A DNA stretch of 64,000 nt from Mobula hypostoma. Its lineage: Eukaryota. Where the stretch lies: the NCBI RefSeq assembly GCF_963921235.1, contig NC_086097.1, positions 138,076,001 through 138,140,000 of the forward strand, read 5' to 3'. Both the position numbers and the translations under genes were made by a program. How positions within the stretch are numbered: the first letter of the stretch is position 1; the number at the start of each line of letters is the position of its first letter. Below the pieces are notes generated by a model. The model was given only the letters and a program-made list of their open reading frames with translations, was not told the DNA's origin and ran no database searches. Below are positions 37,201 to 52,330 of this stretch, piece by piece.

Positions 37201-40200
37201 AGGGAGTGTCACTCTGTGGGATGGACAGTACTGAGGGAATTTCACACCCTGGGAAGGGCAGTACTGAGGGAGTGTCACAGTGTGGGACGGGCAGTACTGA
37301 CCAAGTGTCGCACTGTGTGTGGACAGTACGGAGGGAATGTCACACCGTGGGATGGACAGTACTGAGGGGGAGTCACACTGTGAGATGGACAAGACTGAGT
37401 GAGTGTCACATTGGGGGATGGACGGTACTGAGGGAGTGTCACACTGTGGAATGGACAGTACGGAGAGAGTGTCAGACTGTAGAATGGACAGTACTGATGG
37501 AATGTCACACTGTGGTGTGGACAGTACTGAGGGACTGTCACACTGTGGGATGGATAGTACTGATGGAGTGTCACACTGTGGGATGGACAGGTACTGAGTG
37601 ACTGTCACACTGAGGGATGGACAGTACTGAGGGAGTGTCACACTGTGAGATGGACAGTACTGAGGGAGTGTCACACTGTGGGATGGACAGTACTGAGGGA
37701 GTGTCACTCTGTGGGATGGACAGCACTGAGGGAATTTCACACCCTGGGAAGGGCAGTACTGAGGGAGTGTCACTCTGTGGGATGGACAGCACTGAGGGAA
37801 TTTCACACCCTGGGAAGGGCAGTACTGAGGGAGTGTCACAGTGTGGGACGGTCAGTACTGACCAAGTGTCGCACTGTGTGTGGACAGTACGGAGGGAATG
37901 TCACACTGTGGAATGGACAGTACTGAGAGAGTGTCAGACTGCAGAATGCACAGTACTGAGGGAGTGTCACACTGTGGTGTGGACAGTACTGAGGGACTGT
38001 CACACAATGGGATGGACAGTACTGAGGGAGTGTCACACTGTGTGTGGACAGTATGGAGGGTGCGTCACACTGTGTGTGGACAGTATGGAGGGAGTGTCAC
38101 ACTGTGGGATGGACAGTACTGAGGGGGTGTCACACTGTGAGATGGACAGTACTGACGGAGTGTCACACTGTGGGATGGACAGTACTGAGGGGGAGTCACA
38201 CTGTGGGATGGACAGTACTGACGGAGTGTCACACTGTGGGACAGACAGTACTGAGGGAGTGTCGCACTGTGAGATGGACAAGACTGAGGGAGTGTCACAT
38301 TGGGGGATGGACGGTACTGACGGAGTGTCACACTGTGGTATGGACAGTACTGAGGGAGTGTCACACTATGGGATGGACAGTACTGAGGGAGTGTCACACT
38401 GTGGGATGGACAGTACTGAGGGACTGTCACACTGTGGGATGAACAGTACTGAGGGAGTGTCACACTGTGAGATGGACAGTACTGAGGGAGTGTCACACTG
38501 CGGGATGGACAATACTGAGGGAGTGTCACTCTGTGGTATGGACAGTACTGAGGGAATTTCACACCCTGGGAAGGGCAGTACTGAGGGAGTGTCACAGTGT
38601 GGGACGGGCAGTACTGACCATGTGTCGCACTGTGTGTGGACAGTACGGAGGGAATGTCGCACCGTGGGATGGACAGTACTGAGGGGAATCACACTGTGAG
38701 ATGGACAGTACTGACGGAGGGTCACACTGTGGGATGGACAGTACAGAGGGAGTGTCACACTCTGAGATGGACAAGACTGAGTGAGTGTCACATTGGGGGA
38801 TGGACGGTACTGAGGGAGTGTCACACTGTGGAATGGACAGTACGGAGAGAGTGTCAGACTGTAGAATGGACAGTACTGATGGAATGTCACACTGTGGTGT
38901 GGACAGTACTGAGGGACTGTCACACTGTGGGATGGATAGTACTGAGGGAGTGTCACACTGTGAGATGGACAGTACTGAGGGAGTGTCACATTGGGGGATG
39001 GACGGTACTGAGGGAGTGTCACACTGTGGTATGGACAGTACTGAGGGAGTGTCACACTATGGGATGGACAGTACTGAGGGAGTGTCACTCTGTGGGATGG
39101 ACAGCACTGAGGGAATTTCACACCCTGGGAAGGGCAGTACTGAGGGAGTGTCACAGTGTGGGACGGGCAGTACTTACCAAGTGTCGCACTGTGTGTGGAC
39201 AGTACGGAGGGAATGTCACACTGCAGGATGGACAGTACTGAGGGGGTGTCACACCGTGGGATGGACAGTACTGAGGGGGAGTCACACTGTGAGATGGACA
39301 GTACTGACAGAGGGTCACACTGTGGGATGGACAGTACAGACGGAGTGTCGCACTGTGAGATGGACAAGACTGAGGGAGTGTCACATTGGGGGATGGACGG
39401 TACTGAGGGAGTGTCACACTGTGGTGTGGACAGTACTGAGGGACTGTCACACTGTGGGATGGACAGTACTGAGGGAGTGTCATTCTGTGGGATGGACAGT
39501 ACTGAGGGACTGTCACACTGTGGGATGGACAGTACTGAGGGAGTGTCACTCTGTGGGATGGACAGCACTGAGGGAATTTCACACCCTGGGAAGGGTAGTA
39601 CTGAGGGAGTGTCACAGTGTGGGACGGGCAGTACTGACCAAGTGTCGCACTGTGTGTGGACAGTACGGAGGGAATGTCACAATGTGGGATGGACAGTACT
39701 GAGGGGGTGTCACACCGTGGGATGGAGAGTACTGAGGGGGAGTCATACTGTAAGATAGACAGTACTGACGGAGGGTCACACTGTGGGATGGACAGTACAG
39801 ACGGAGTGTCGCACTGTGAGATGAACAAGACTGAGGGAGTGTCACATTGGGGGATGGACGGTACTGAGGGAGTGTCACACTGTGGTATGGACAGTACTGA
39901 GGGAGTGTCATGCTGTGGGATGGACAGTACTGAGGGACTGTCACACTGTGGGATGGACAGTACTGAGGGAGTGTCACTCTGTGGGATGGACAGCACTGAG
40001 GGAATTTCACACCCTGGGAAGGGTAGTACTGAGGGAGTGTCACAGTGTGGGACGGGCAGTACTAACCAAGTGTCGCACTGTGTGTGGACAGTACGGAGGG
40101 AATGTCACAATGTGGGATGGACAGTACTGAGGGGGTGTCACACCGTGGGATGGAGAGTACTGAGGGGGAGTCACACTGTGAGATAGACAGTACTGACGGA

Positions 40201-43200
40201 GGGTCACACTGTGGGATGGACAGTACAGAGGGAGTGTCGCACTGTGGGATGGACAGTACTGAGGAGTGTCACACCGTGGGATGGACAGTACTGAGGGGGT
40301 GTCACACCGTCGGATGGAAAGAACTCAGGGAGTGTCACTCTGTGGGATGGACAGTATTGACGGAGTATCACATTGTGGGATGGACGGTACTGAGGGAGTG
40401 TCACACTGTGGGAAAGACAGTACTGAGGGAGTGTCACTCTGTGGGATGGACAGAACTGAGGGGATTTTACACCACGGGAAGGGCAGTACTGAGGGAGTGT
40501 CACAGTGTGGGACAGACAGTACTGAGAGAGTGTCACACTGTGTGTGAACAGTACGGAGGGAGTGTCACACTGTGAGATGGACAAGACTGAGTGAGTGACA
40601 CATTGGGGGATGGACGGTGCTGAGGGAGAGTCACACTGTGGAATGGACGGTACTGAGAGAGCGTCAGACTGTAGAATGTACGGTACTGAGGGAGTGTCAC
40701 ACTGTGGGATGGACAGTACTGAGGGACTGTCACACTGAGGGATGGACAGTACTGAGGGAGTGTCACACTGTGGGATGGACAGTACTGCGGGAGTGTCACA
40801 CTGTGAGATGGACAGTACTGAGGGAGTGTCACACTGTGGGATGGACAGTACTGAGGGAGTGTCACTCTGTGGTATGGACAGCACTGAGGGAATTTCACAC
40901 CCTGGGAAGGGCAGTACTGAGGGAGTGTCACAGTGTGGGACGGGCAGTACTGACCAAGTGTCGCACTGTGTGTGGACAGTACGGAGGGAATGTCACACTG
41001 CAGGATGGACAGTACTGAGGGAGTGTCACTCTGTGGGATGGAGAGTACTGAGGGAATTTCACATCCTGGGAAGGGCAGTACTGAGGGAGTTTCACAGTGT
41101 GGGACGGGCAGTACTGACTAAGTGTCGCACTGTGTGTGGACAGTACAGAGGGAATGTCACACTGTGGAATGGACAGTACTGAGAGAGTGTCAGACTGTAG
41201 AATGCACAGTACTGAGGGAGTGTCACACTGTGGTGTGGACAGTACTGAGGGACTGTCACACAATGGGATGGACAGTACTGAGGGAGTGTCACACTGTGTG
41301 TGGACAGTATGGAGGGTGCGTCACACTGTGTGTGGACAGTATGGAGGGAGTGTCACACTGTGGGATGGACAGTACTGAGGGGGTGTCACACTGTGAGATG
41401 GACAGTACTGACGGAGTGTCACACTGTGGGATGGACAGTACTGAGGGGGAGTCACACTGTGGGATGGACAGTACTGACGGAGTGTCACACTGTGGGACGG
41501 ACAGTATTGAGGGAGTGTCGCACTGTGAGATGGACAAGACTGAGGGAGTGTCACATTGGGGGATGGACGGTACTGAGGGAGTGTCACACTGTGGTATGGA
41601 CAGTACTGAGGGAGTGTCACACTATGGGATGGACAGTACTGAGGGAGTGTCACACTGTGGGATGTACAGTACTGAGCGACTGTCACACTATGGGAAGAAC
41701 AGTACTGAGGGAGTGTCACACTGTGAGATGGACAGTACTGAGGGAGTGTCACTCTGTGGGATGGACAGTACTGAGGGAATTTCACACCCTGGGAAGGGCA
41801 GTACTGAGGGAGTGTCACAGTGTGGGACGGGCAGTACTGACCAAGTGTCGCACTGTGTGTGGACAGTACGGAGGGAATGTCACACCGTGGGATGGACAGT
41901 ACTGAGGGGGAGTCACACTGTGAGATGGACAAGACTGAGTGAGTGTCACATTGGGGGATGGACGGTACTGAGGGAGTGTCACACTGTGGAATGGACAGTA
42001 CGGAGAGAGTGTCAGACTGTAGAATGGACAGTACTGATGGAATGTCACACTGTGGTGTGGACAGTACTGAGGGACTGTCACACTGTGGGATGGATAGTAC
42101 TGATGGAGTGTCACACTGTGGGATGGACAGGTACTGAGGGACTGTCACACTGAGGGATGGACAGTACTGAGGGAGTGTCACACTGTGAGATGGACAGTAC
42201 TGAGGGAGTGTCACACTGTGAGATGGACAGTACTGAGGGAGTGTCACACTGTGGGATGGACAGTACTGAGGGAGTGTCACAGTGTGGGACGGTCAGTACT
42301 GACCAAGTGTCGCACTGTGTGTGGACAGTACGGAGGGAATGTCACACTGTGGTATGGACAGTACTGAGAGAGTGTCAGACTGCAGAATGCACAGTACTGA
42401 GGGAGTGTCACACTGTGGTGTGTACAGTACTGAGGGACTGTCACACAATGGGATGGACAGTGCTGAGGGAGTGTCACACTGTGTGTGGACAGTATGGAGG
42501 GTGCGTCACACTGTGTGTGGACAGTATGGAGGGAGTGTCACACTGTGGGATGGACAGAACTGAGGGGGTGTCACACTGTGAGATGGACAGTACTGACAGA
42601 GTGTCACACTGTGGGATGGACAGTACTGAGGGGGAGTCACACTGTGGGATGGACAGTACTGACGGAGTGTCACACTGTGGGACAGACAGTACTGAGGGAG
42701 TGTCGCACTGTGAGATAGACAAGACTGAGGGAGTGTCACATTGGGGGATGGACGGTACTGAGGGAGTGTCACACTGTGGTATGGACAGTACTGAGGGAGT
42801 GTCACACTATGGGATGGACAGTACTGAGGGAGTGTCACACTGTGGGATGGACAGTACTGAGGGACTGTCACACTGTGGGATGAACAGTACTGAGGGAGTG
42901 TCACACTGTGAGATGGACAGTACTGAGGGAGTGTCACACTGCGGGATGGACAATACTGAGGGAGTGTCACTCTGTGGTATGGACAGTACTGAGGGAATTT
43001 CACACCCTGGGAAGGGCAGTACTGAGGGAGTGTCACAGTGTGGGACGGGCAGTACTGACCATGTGTCGCACTGTGTGTGGACAGTACGGAGGGAATGTCA
43101 CACCGTGGGATGGACAGTACTGAGGGGGAGTCACACTGTGAGATGGACAGTACTGACGGAGGGTCACACTGTGGGATGGACAGTACAGAGGGAGTGTCGC

Positions 43201-46200
43201 ACTGTGAGATGGACAAGACTGAGTGAGTGTCACATTGGGGGATGGACGGTACTGAGGGAGTGTCACACTGTGGAATGGACAGTACGGAGAGAGTGTCAGA
43301 CTGTAGAATGGACAGTACTGATGGAATGTCACACTGTGGTGTGGACAGTACTGAGGGACTGTCACACTGTGGGATGGATAGTACTGAGGGAGTGTCACAC
43401 TGTGAGATGGACAGTACTGAGGGAGTGTCACATTGGGGGATGGACGGTACTGAGGGAGTGTCACACTGTGGTATGGACAGTACTGAGGGAGTGTCACACT
43501 ATGGGATGGACAGTACTGAGGGAGTGTCACTCTGTGGGATGGACAGCACTGAGGGAATTTCACACCCTGGGAAGGGCAGTACTGAGGGAGTGTCACAGTG
43601 TGGGACGGGCAGTACTTACCAAGTGTCGCACTGTGTGTGGACAGTACGGAGGGAATGTCACACTGCAGGATGGACAGTACTGAGGGGGTGTCACACCGTG
43701 GGATGGACAGTACTGAGGGGGAGTCACACTGTGAGATGGACAGTACTGACAGAGGGTCACACTGTGGGATGGACAGTACAGACGGAGTGTCGCACTGTGA
43801 GATGGACAAGACTGAGGGAGTGTCACATTGGGGGATGGACGGTACTGAGGGAGTGTCACACTGTGGTGTGGACAGTACTGAGGGACTGTCACACTGTGGG
43901 ATGGACAGTACTGAGGGAGTGTCATTCTGTGGGATGGACAGTACTGAGGGACTGTCACACTGTGGGATGGACAGTACTGAGGGAGTGTCACTCTGTGGGA
44001 TGGACAGCACTGAGGGAATTTCACACCCTGGGAAGGGTAGTACTGAGGGAGTGTCACAGTGTGGGACGGGCAGTACTGACCAAGTGTCGCACTGTGTGTG
44101 GACAGTACGGAGGGAATGTCACAATGTGGGATGGACAGTACTGAGGGGGTGTCACACCGTGGGATGGAGAGTACTGAGGGGGAGTCATACTGTAAGATAG
44201 ACAGTACTGACGGAGGGTCACACTGTGGGATGGACAGTACAGACGGAGTGTCGCACTGTGAGATGGACAAGACTGAGGGAGTGTCACATTGGGGGATGGA
44301 CGGTACTGAGGGAGTGTCACACTGTGGTATGGACAGTACTGAGGGAGTGTCATACTGTGGGATGGACAGTACTGAGGGACTGTCACACTGTGGGATGGAC
44401 AGTACTGAGGGAGTGTCACTCTGTGGGATGGACAGCACTGAGGGAATTTCACACCCTGGGAAGGGTAGTACTGAGGGAGTGTCACAGTGTGGGACGGGCA
44501 GTACTGACCAAGTGTCGCACTGTGTGTGGACAGTACGGAGGGAATGTCACAATGTGGGATGGACAGTACTGAGGGGGAGTCACACTGTGAGATAGACAGT
44601 ACTGACGGAGGGTCACACTGTGGGATGGACAGTACAGAGGGAGTGTCGCACTGTGGGATGGACAGTACTGAGGAGTGTCACACCGTGGGATGGACAGTAC
44701 TGAGGGGGTGTCACACCGTCGGATGGAAAGTACTCAGGGAGTGTCACTCTGTGGGATGGACAGTATTGAGGGAGTGTCACATTGTGGGATGGACGGTACT
44801 GAGGGAGTGTCACACTGTGGGAAAGACAGTACTGAGGGAGTGTCACTCTGTGGGATGGACAGAACTGAGGGGATTTTACACCACGGGAAGGGCAGTACTG
44901 AGGGAGTGTCACAGTGTGGGACAGACAGTACTGAGGGAGTGTCACACTGTGTGTGGACAGTACGGAGGGAGTGTCACACTGTGAGATGGACAAGACTGAG
45001 TGAGTGACACATTGGGGGATGGACGGTGCTGAGGGAGTGTCACACTGTGGGATGGACAGTACTGAGGGACTGTCACACTGAGGGATGGACAGTACTGAGG
45101 GAGTGTCACACTGTGGGATGGACAGTACTGAGGGAGTGTCACACTGTGAGATGGACAGTACTGAGGGAGTGTCACACTCTGGGATGGACAGTACTGAGGG
45201 AGTGCCACTCTGTGGGATGGACAGCACTGAGGGAATTTCACACCCTGAGAAGGGCAGTACTGAGGGAGTGTCACAGTGTGGGACGGGCAGTACTGACCAA
45301 GTGTCGCACTGTGTGTGGACAGTACGGAGGGAATGTCACACTGCAGGATGGACAGTACTGAGGGAGTGTCACTCTGTGGGATGGAGAGTACTGAGGGAAT
45401 TTCACATCCTGGGAAGGGCAGTACTGAGGGAGTTTCACAGTGTGGGACGGGCAGTACTGACTAAGTGTCGCACTGTGTGTGGACAGTACAGAGGGAATGT
45501 CACACTGTGGAATGGACAGTACTGAGAGAGTGTCAGACTGTAGAATGCACAGTACTGAGGGAGTGTCACACTGTGGTGTGGACAGTACTGAGGGACTGTC
45601 ACACAATGGGATGGACAGTACTGAGGGAGTGTCACACTGTGTGTGGACAGTATGGAGGGTGCGTCACACTGTGGGATGGACAGTACTGAGGGGGTGTCAC
45701 ACTGTGAGATGGACAGTACTGACGGAGTGTCACACCGTGGGATGGACAGTACTGAGGGGGAGTCACACTGTGGGATGGACAGTACTAACGGAGTGTCACA
45801 CTATGGGACGGACAGTACTGAGGGAGTGTCGCACTGTGAGATGGACAAGACTGAGGGAGTGTCACATTGGGGGATGGACGGTACTGAGGGAGTGTCACAC
45901 TGTCGTATGGACAGTACTGAGGGAGTGTCACACTATGGGATGGACAGTACTGAGGGAGTGTCACACTGTGGGATGGACAGTACTGAGGGACTGTCACACT
46001 GTGGGATGAACAGTACTGAGGGAGTGTCACACTGTGAGATGGACAGTACTGAGGGAGTGTCACACTGCTGGATGGACAATACTGAGGGAGTGTCACTCTG
46101 TGGGATGGACAGTACTGAGGGAATTTCACACCCTGGGAAGGGCAGTACTGAGGGAGTGTCACAGTGTGGGACGGGCAGTACTGACCAAGTGTCGCACTGT

Positions 46201-49200
46201 GTGTGGACAGTACGGAGGGAATGTCACACCGTGGGATGGACAGTACTGAGGGGGAGTCACACTGTGAGATGGACAGTACTGACGGAGGGTCACACTGTGG
46301 GATGGACAGTACAGAGGGAGTGTCGCACTGTGAGATGGACAAGACTGAGTGAGTGTCACATTGGGGGATGGACGGTACTGAGGCAGTGTCACACTGTGGA
46401 ATGGACAGTACGGAGAGAGTGTCAGACTGTAGAATGGACAGTACTGATGGAATGTCACACTGTGGTGTGGACAGTACTGAGGGACTGTCACACTGTGGGA
46501 TGGATAGTACTGAGGGAGTGTCACACTGTGGGATGGACAGGTACTGAGGGACTGTCACACTGAGGGATGGACAGTACTGAGGGAGTGTCACACTGTGAGA
46601 TGGACAGTACTGAGGGAGTGTCACACTGTGGGATGGACAGTACTGAGGGAGTGTCATACTGTGAGATGGACAGTACTGAGGAAGTGTCACACTGTGGGAT
46701 GGACAGTACTGAGGGAGTGTCACTCTGTGGGATGGACTGCACTGAGGGAATTTCACACCCTGGGAAGGGCAGTACTGAGGGAGTGTCACAGTGTGGGACG
46801 GGCAGTACTGACCAAGTGTCGCACTGTGTGTGGACAGTACGGAGGGAATGTCACACTGCAGGATGGACAGTACTGAGGGGGTGTCACACCGTGGGATGGA
46901 CAGTACTGAGGGGGAGTCACACTGTGAGATGGACAGTACTGACAGAGGGTCACACTGTGGGATGGACGGTACTGAGAGAGCGTCAGACTGTAGAATGTAC
47001 GGTAGTGAGGGAGTGTCACACTGTGGGATGGACAGTACTGAGGGACTGTCACACTGAGGGATGGACAGTACTGAGGGAGTGTCACACTGTGGGATGGACA
47101 GTACTGAGGGAGTGTCACACTGTGAGATGGACAGTACTGAGGGAGTGTCACACTCTGGGATGGACAGTACTGAGGGAGTGCCACTCTGTGGGATGGACAG
47201 CACTGAGGGAATTTCACACCCTGAGAAGGGCAGTACTGAGGGAGTATCACAGTGTGGGACGGGCAGTACTGACCAAGTGTCGCACTGTGTGTGGACAGTA
47301 CGGAGGGAATGTCACACTGCAGGATGGACAGTACTGAGGGAGTGTCACTCTGTGGGATGGAGAGTACTGAGGGAATTTCACATCCTGGGAAGGGCAGTAC
47401 TGAGGGAGTTTCACAGTGTGGGACGGGCAGTACTGACTAAGTGTCGCACTGTGTGTGGACAGTACAGAGGGAATGTCACACTGTGGAATGGACAGTACTG
47501 AGAGAGTGTCAGACTGTAGAATGCACAGTACTGAGGGAGTGTCACACTGTGGTGTGGACAGTACTGAGGGACTGTCACACAATGGGATGGACAGTACTGA
47601 GGGAGTGTCACACTGTGTGTGGACAGTATGGAGGGTGCGTCACATTGTGTGTGGACAGTATGGAGGGAGTGTCACACTGTGGGATGGACAGTACTGAGGG
47701 GGTGTCACACTGTGAGATGGACAGTACTGACGGAGTGTCACACCGTGGGATGGTCAGTACTGAGGGGGAGTCACACTGTGGGATGGACAGTACTAACGGA
47801 GTGTCACACCATAGGACGGACAGTACTGAGGGAGTGTCGCACTGTGAGATGGACAAGACTGAGGGAGCGTCACATTGGGGGATGGACGGTACTGAGGGAG
47901 TGTCACACTGTCGTATGGACAGTACTGAGGGAGTGTCACACTATGGGATGGACAGTACTGAGGGAGTGTCACACTGTGGGATGGACAGTACTGAGGGACT
48001 GTCACACTGTGGGATGAACAGTACTGAGGGAGTGTCACACTGTGAGATGGACAGTACTGAGCGAGTGTCACACTGCTGGATGGACAATACTGAGGGAGTG
48101 TCACTCTGTGGGATGGACAGTACTGAGGGAATTTCACACCCTGGGAAGGGCAGTACTGAGGGAGTGTCACAGTGTGGGACGGGCAGTACTGACCAAGTGT
48201 CGCACTGTGTGTGGACAGTACGGAGGGAATGTCACACCGTGGGATGGACAGTACTGAGGGGGAGTCACACTGTGAGATGGACAGTACTGACGGAGGGTCA
48301 CACTGTGGGATGGACAGTACAGAGGGAGTGTCGCACTGTGAGATGGACAAGACTGAGTGAGTGTCACATTGGGGGATGGACGGTACTGAGGCAGTGTCAC
48401 ACTGTGGAATGGACAGTACGGAGAGAGTGTCAGACTGTAGAATGGACAGTACTGATGGAATGTCACACTGTGGTGTGGACAGTACTGAGGGACTGTCACA
48501 CTGTGGGATGGATAGTACTGAGGGAGTGTCACACTGTGGGATGGACAGGTACTGAGGGACTGTCACACTGAGGGATGGACAGTACTGAGGGAGTGTCACA
48601 CTGTGAGATGGACAGTACTGAGGGGGAGTCACACTGTGGGATGGACAGTACTGAGGGAGTGTCATACTGTGAGATGGACAGTACTGAGGAAGTGTCACAC
48701 TGTGGGATGGACAGTACTGAGGGAGTGTCACTCTGTGGGATGGACTGCACTGAGGGAATTTCACACCCTGGGAAGGGCAGTACTGAGGGAGTGTCACAGT
48801 GTGGGACGGGCAGTACTGACCAAGTGTCGCACTGTGTGTGGACAGTACGGAGGGAATGTCACACTGCAGGATGGACAGTACTGAGGGGGTGTCACACCGT
48901 GGGATGGACAGTACTGAGGGGGAGTCACACTGTGAGATGGACAGTACTGACAGAGGGTCACACTGTGGGATGGACAGTACAGACGGAGTGTCGCACTGTG
49001 AGATGGACAAGACTGAGGGAGTGTCACATTGGGGGATGGACGGTACTGAGGGAGTGTCACACTGTGGTGTGGAGAGTACTGAGGGACTGTCACACTGTGG
49101 GATGGACAGTACTGAGGGAGTGTCACACTGTGGGATGGACAGTACTGAGGGACTGTCACACTGTGGGATGGACAGTACTGAGGGAGTGTCACACTGTGAG

Positions 49201-52130
49201 ATGGACAGTACTGAGGGAGTGTCACACTGTGGGATGGACAGTACTGAGGGAGTGTCACTCTGTGGGATGGACAGTACTGAGGGAATTTCACACCCTGGGA
49301 AGGGTAGTACTGAGGGAGTGTCACAGTGTGGGACGGTCAGTACTGACCAAGTGTCGCACTGTGTGTGGACAGTACGGAGGGAATGTCACACTGTGGAATG
49401 GACAGTACTGAGAGAGTGTCAGAGTGTAGAATGCACAGTACTGAGGGAGTGTCACACTGTGGTGTGGACAGTACTGAGGGACTGTCACACAATGGGATGG
49501 ACAGTACTGAGGGAGTCTCACACTGTGTGTGGACAGTATGGAGGGTGCGTCACACTGTGTGTGCACAGTATGGAGGGAGTGTCACACTGTGGGATGGACA
49601 GTACTGAGGGGGTGTCACACTGTGAGATGGACAGTACTGACGGAGTGTCACACTGTGGGATGGACTGTACTGAGGGGGAGTCACACTGTGGGATGGACAG
49701 TACTGACGGAGTCTCACACTGTGGGAAGGACAGTACTGAGGGAGTGTCGCACTGTGAGATGGACAAGACTGAGGGAGTGTCACATTGGGGGATGGACGGT
49801 ACTGAGGGAGTGTCGCACTGTGGTATGGACAGTACTGACGGAGTGTCACACTATGGGATGGACAGTACTGAGGGAGTTTCACACTGTGAGATGGACAGTA
49901 CTGAGGGAGTGTCACACTGCGCGATGGACAATACTGAGGGAGTGTCACTCTGTGTGTGGACAGTACGGAGGGAATGTCACACCGTGGGATGGACAGTACT
50001 GAGGGGGAGTCACACTGTGAGATGGACAGTGCTGACGGAGGGTCACGCTGTGGGATGGACAGTACAGAAGGAGTGTCGCACTGTGAGATGGACAAGACTG
50101 AGTGAGTGTCACATTGGGGGATGGACGGTACTGAGGGAGTGTCACACTGTGGAATGGACAGTACGGAGAGAGTGTCAGACTGTAGTATGGAGAGTACTGA
50201 TGGAATGTCGCACTGTGGTGTGGACAGTACTGAGGGACTGTCACACTGTGGGATGGATAGTACTGAGGGAGTGTCACACTGTGGGATGGACAGGTACTGA
50301 GGGACTGTCACACTGAGGGATGGACAGTACTGAGGGAGTGTCACACTGTGAGATGGACAGTACTGAGGGAGTGTCACACTGTGGGATGGACAGTACTGAG
50401 GGAGTGTCACACTGTGAGATGGACAGTACTGAGGGAGTGTCACACTGTGGGATGGACAGTACTGAGGGAGTGTCACACTGTGGGATGGACAGCACTGAGG
50501 GAATTTCACACCCTGGGAAGGGCAGTACTGAGGGAGTGTCACAGTGTGGGACGGGCAGTACTGACCAAGTGTCGCACTGTGTGTGGACAGTACGGAGGGA
50601 ATGTCACACTGCAGGATGGACAGTACTGAGGGGGTGTCACACCGTGGGATGGACAGTACTGAGGGGGAGTCACACTGTGAGATGGACAGTACTGACAGAG
50701 GGTCACATTGTGGGATGGACAGTACAGACGGAGTGTCGCACTGTGAGATGGACAAGACTGAGGGAGTGTCACATTTGGGGATGGACGGTACTGAGGGAGT
50801 GTCACACTGTGGTGTGGACAGTACTGAGGGACTGTCACACTGTGGGATGGACAGTACTGAGGGAGTGTCATACTGTGGGATGGACAGTACTGAGGGACTG
50901 TCACACTGTGGGATGGACAGTACTGAGGGAGTGTCACTCTGTGGGATGGACAGCACTGAGGGAATTTCACACCCTGGGAAGGGTAGTACTGAGGGAGTGT
51001 CACAGTGTGGGACGGGCAGTACTGACCAAGTGTCGCACTGTGTGAGGACAGTACGGAGGGAATGTCACAATGTGGGATGGACAGTACTGAGGGGGTGTCA
51101 CACCGTGGGATGGACAGTACTGAGGGGGAGTCACACTGTGAGATGGACAGTACTGACAGAGGGTCACACTGTGGGATGGACAGTACAGACGGAGTGTCGC
51201 ACTGTGAGATGGACAAGACTGAGGGAGTGTCACATTTGGGGATGGACGGTTCTGAGGGAGTGTCACACTGTGGTGTGGACAGTACTGAGGGACTGTCACA
51301 CTGTGGGATGGACAGTACTGAGGGAGTGTCATACTGTGGGATGGACAGTACTGAGGGACTGTCACACTGTGGGATGGACAGTACTGAGGGAGTGTCACTC
51401 TGTGGGATGGACAGCACTGAGGGAATTTCACACCCTGGGAAGGGTAGTACTGAGGGAGTGTCACAGTGTGGGATGGGCAGTACTGACCAAGTGTCGCACT
51501 GTGTGTGGACAGTACGGACGGAATGTCACAATGTGGGATGGACAGTACTGAGGGGGTGTCACACCGTGGGATGGAGAGTACTGAGGGGGAGTCACACTGT
51601 AAGATAGACAGTACTGACGGAGGGTCACACTGTGGGATGGACAGTACAGACGGAGTGTCGCACTGTGAGATGGACAAGACTGAGGGAGTGTCACATTGCG
51701 GGATGGACGGTACTGAGGGAGTGTCACACTGTGGTATGGACAGTACTGAGGGAGTGTCATATTGTGGGAAAGACAGTACTGAGGGACTGTCACACTGTGG
51801 GATGGACAGTACTGAGGGAGTGTCACTCTGTGGGATGGACAGCACTGAGGGAATTTCACACCCTGGGAAGGGTAGTACTGAGGGAGTGTCACAGTGTGGG
51901 ACGGGCAGTACTGACCAAGTGTCGCACTGTGTGTTGACAGTACGGAGGGAATGTCACAATGTGGGATGGACAGTACTGAGGGGGTGTCACACCGTGGGAT
52001 GGAGAGTACTGAGGGGGAGTCACACTGTGAGATAGACAGTACTGACGGAGGGTCACACTGTGGGATGGACAGTACAGAGGGAGTGTCGCACTGTGGGATG
52101 GACAGTACTGGGGAGTGTCGCACTGTGGGA
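22195..52130. repeat. 33-bp satellite array (~900 monomers) with higher-order repeats
   Basis: Consensus GAGGGAGTGTCACACTGTGGGATGGACAGTACT; recurrent 32- and 34-bp variants; ends at the gap. Confidence 0.98.
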
Positions 52131-52330
52131 NNNNNNNNNNNNNNNNNNNNNNNNNNNNNNNNNNNNNNNNNNNNNNNNNNNNNNNNNNNNNNNNNNNNNN
52201 NNNNNNNNNNNNNNNNNNNNNNNNNNNNNNNNNNNNNNNNNNNNNNNNNNNNNNNNNNNNNNNNNNNNNNNNNNNNNNNNNNNNNNNNNNNNNNNNNNNN
52301 NNNNNNNNNNNNNNNNNNNNNNNNNNNNNN
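52131..52330. other. Assembly gap (200 N)
   Basis: Exactly 200 N; a round number typical of an unsized scaffold join. Confidence 0.99.
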
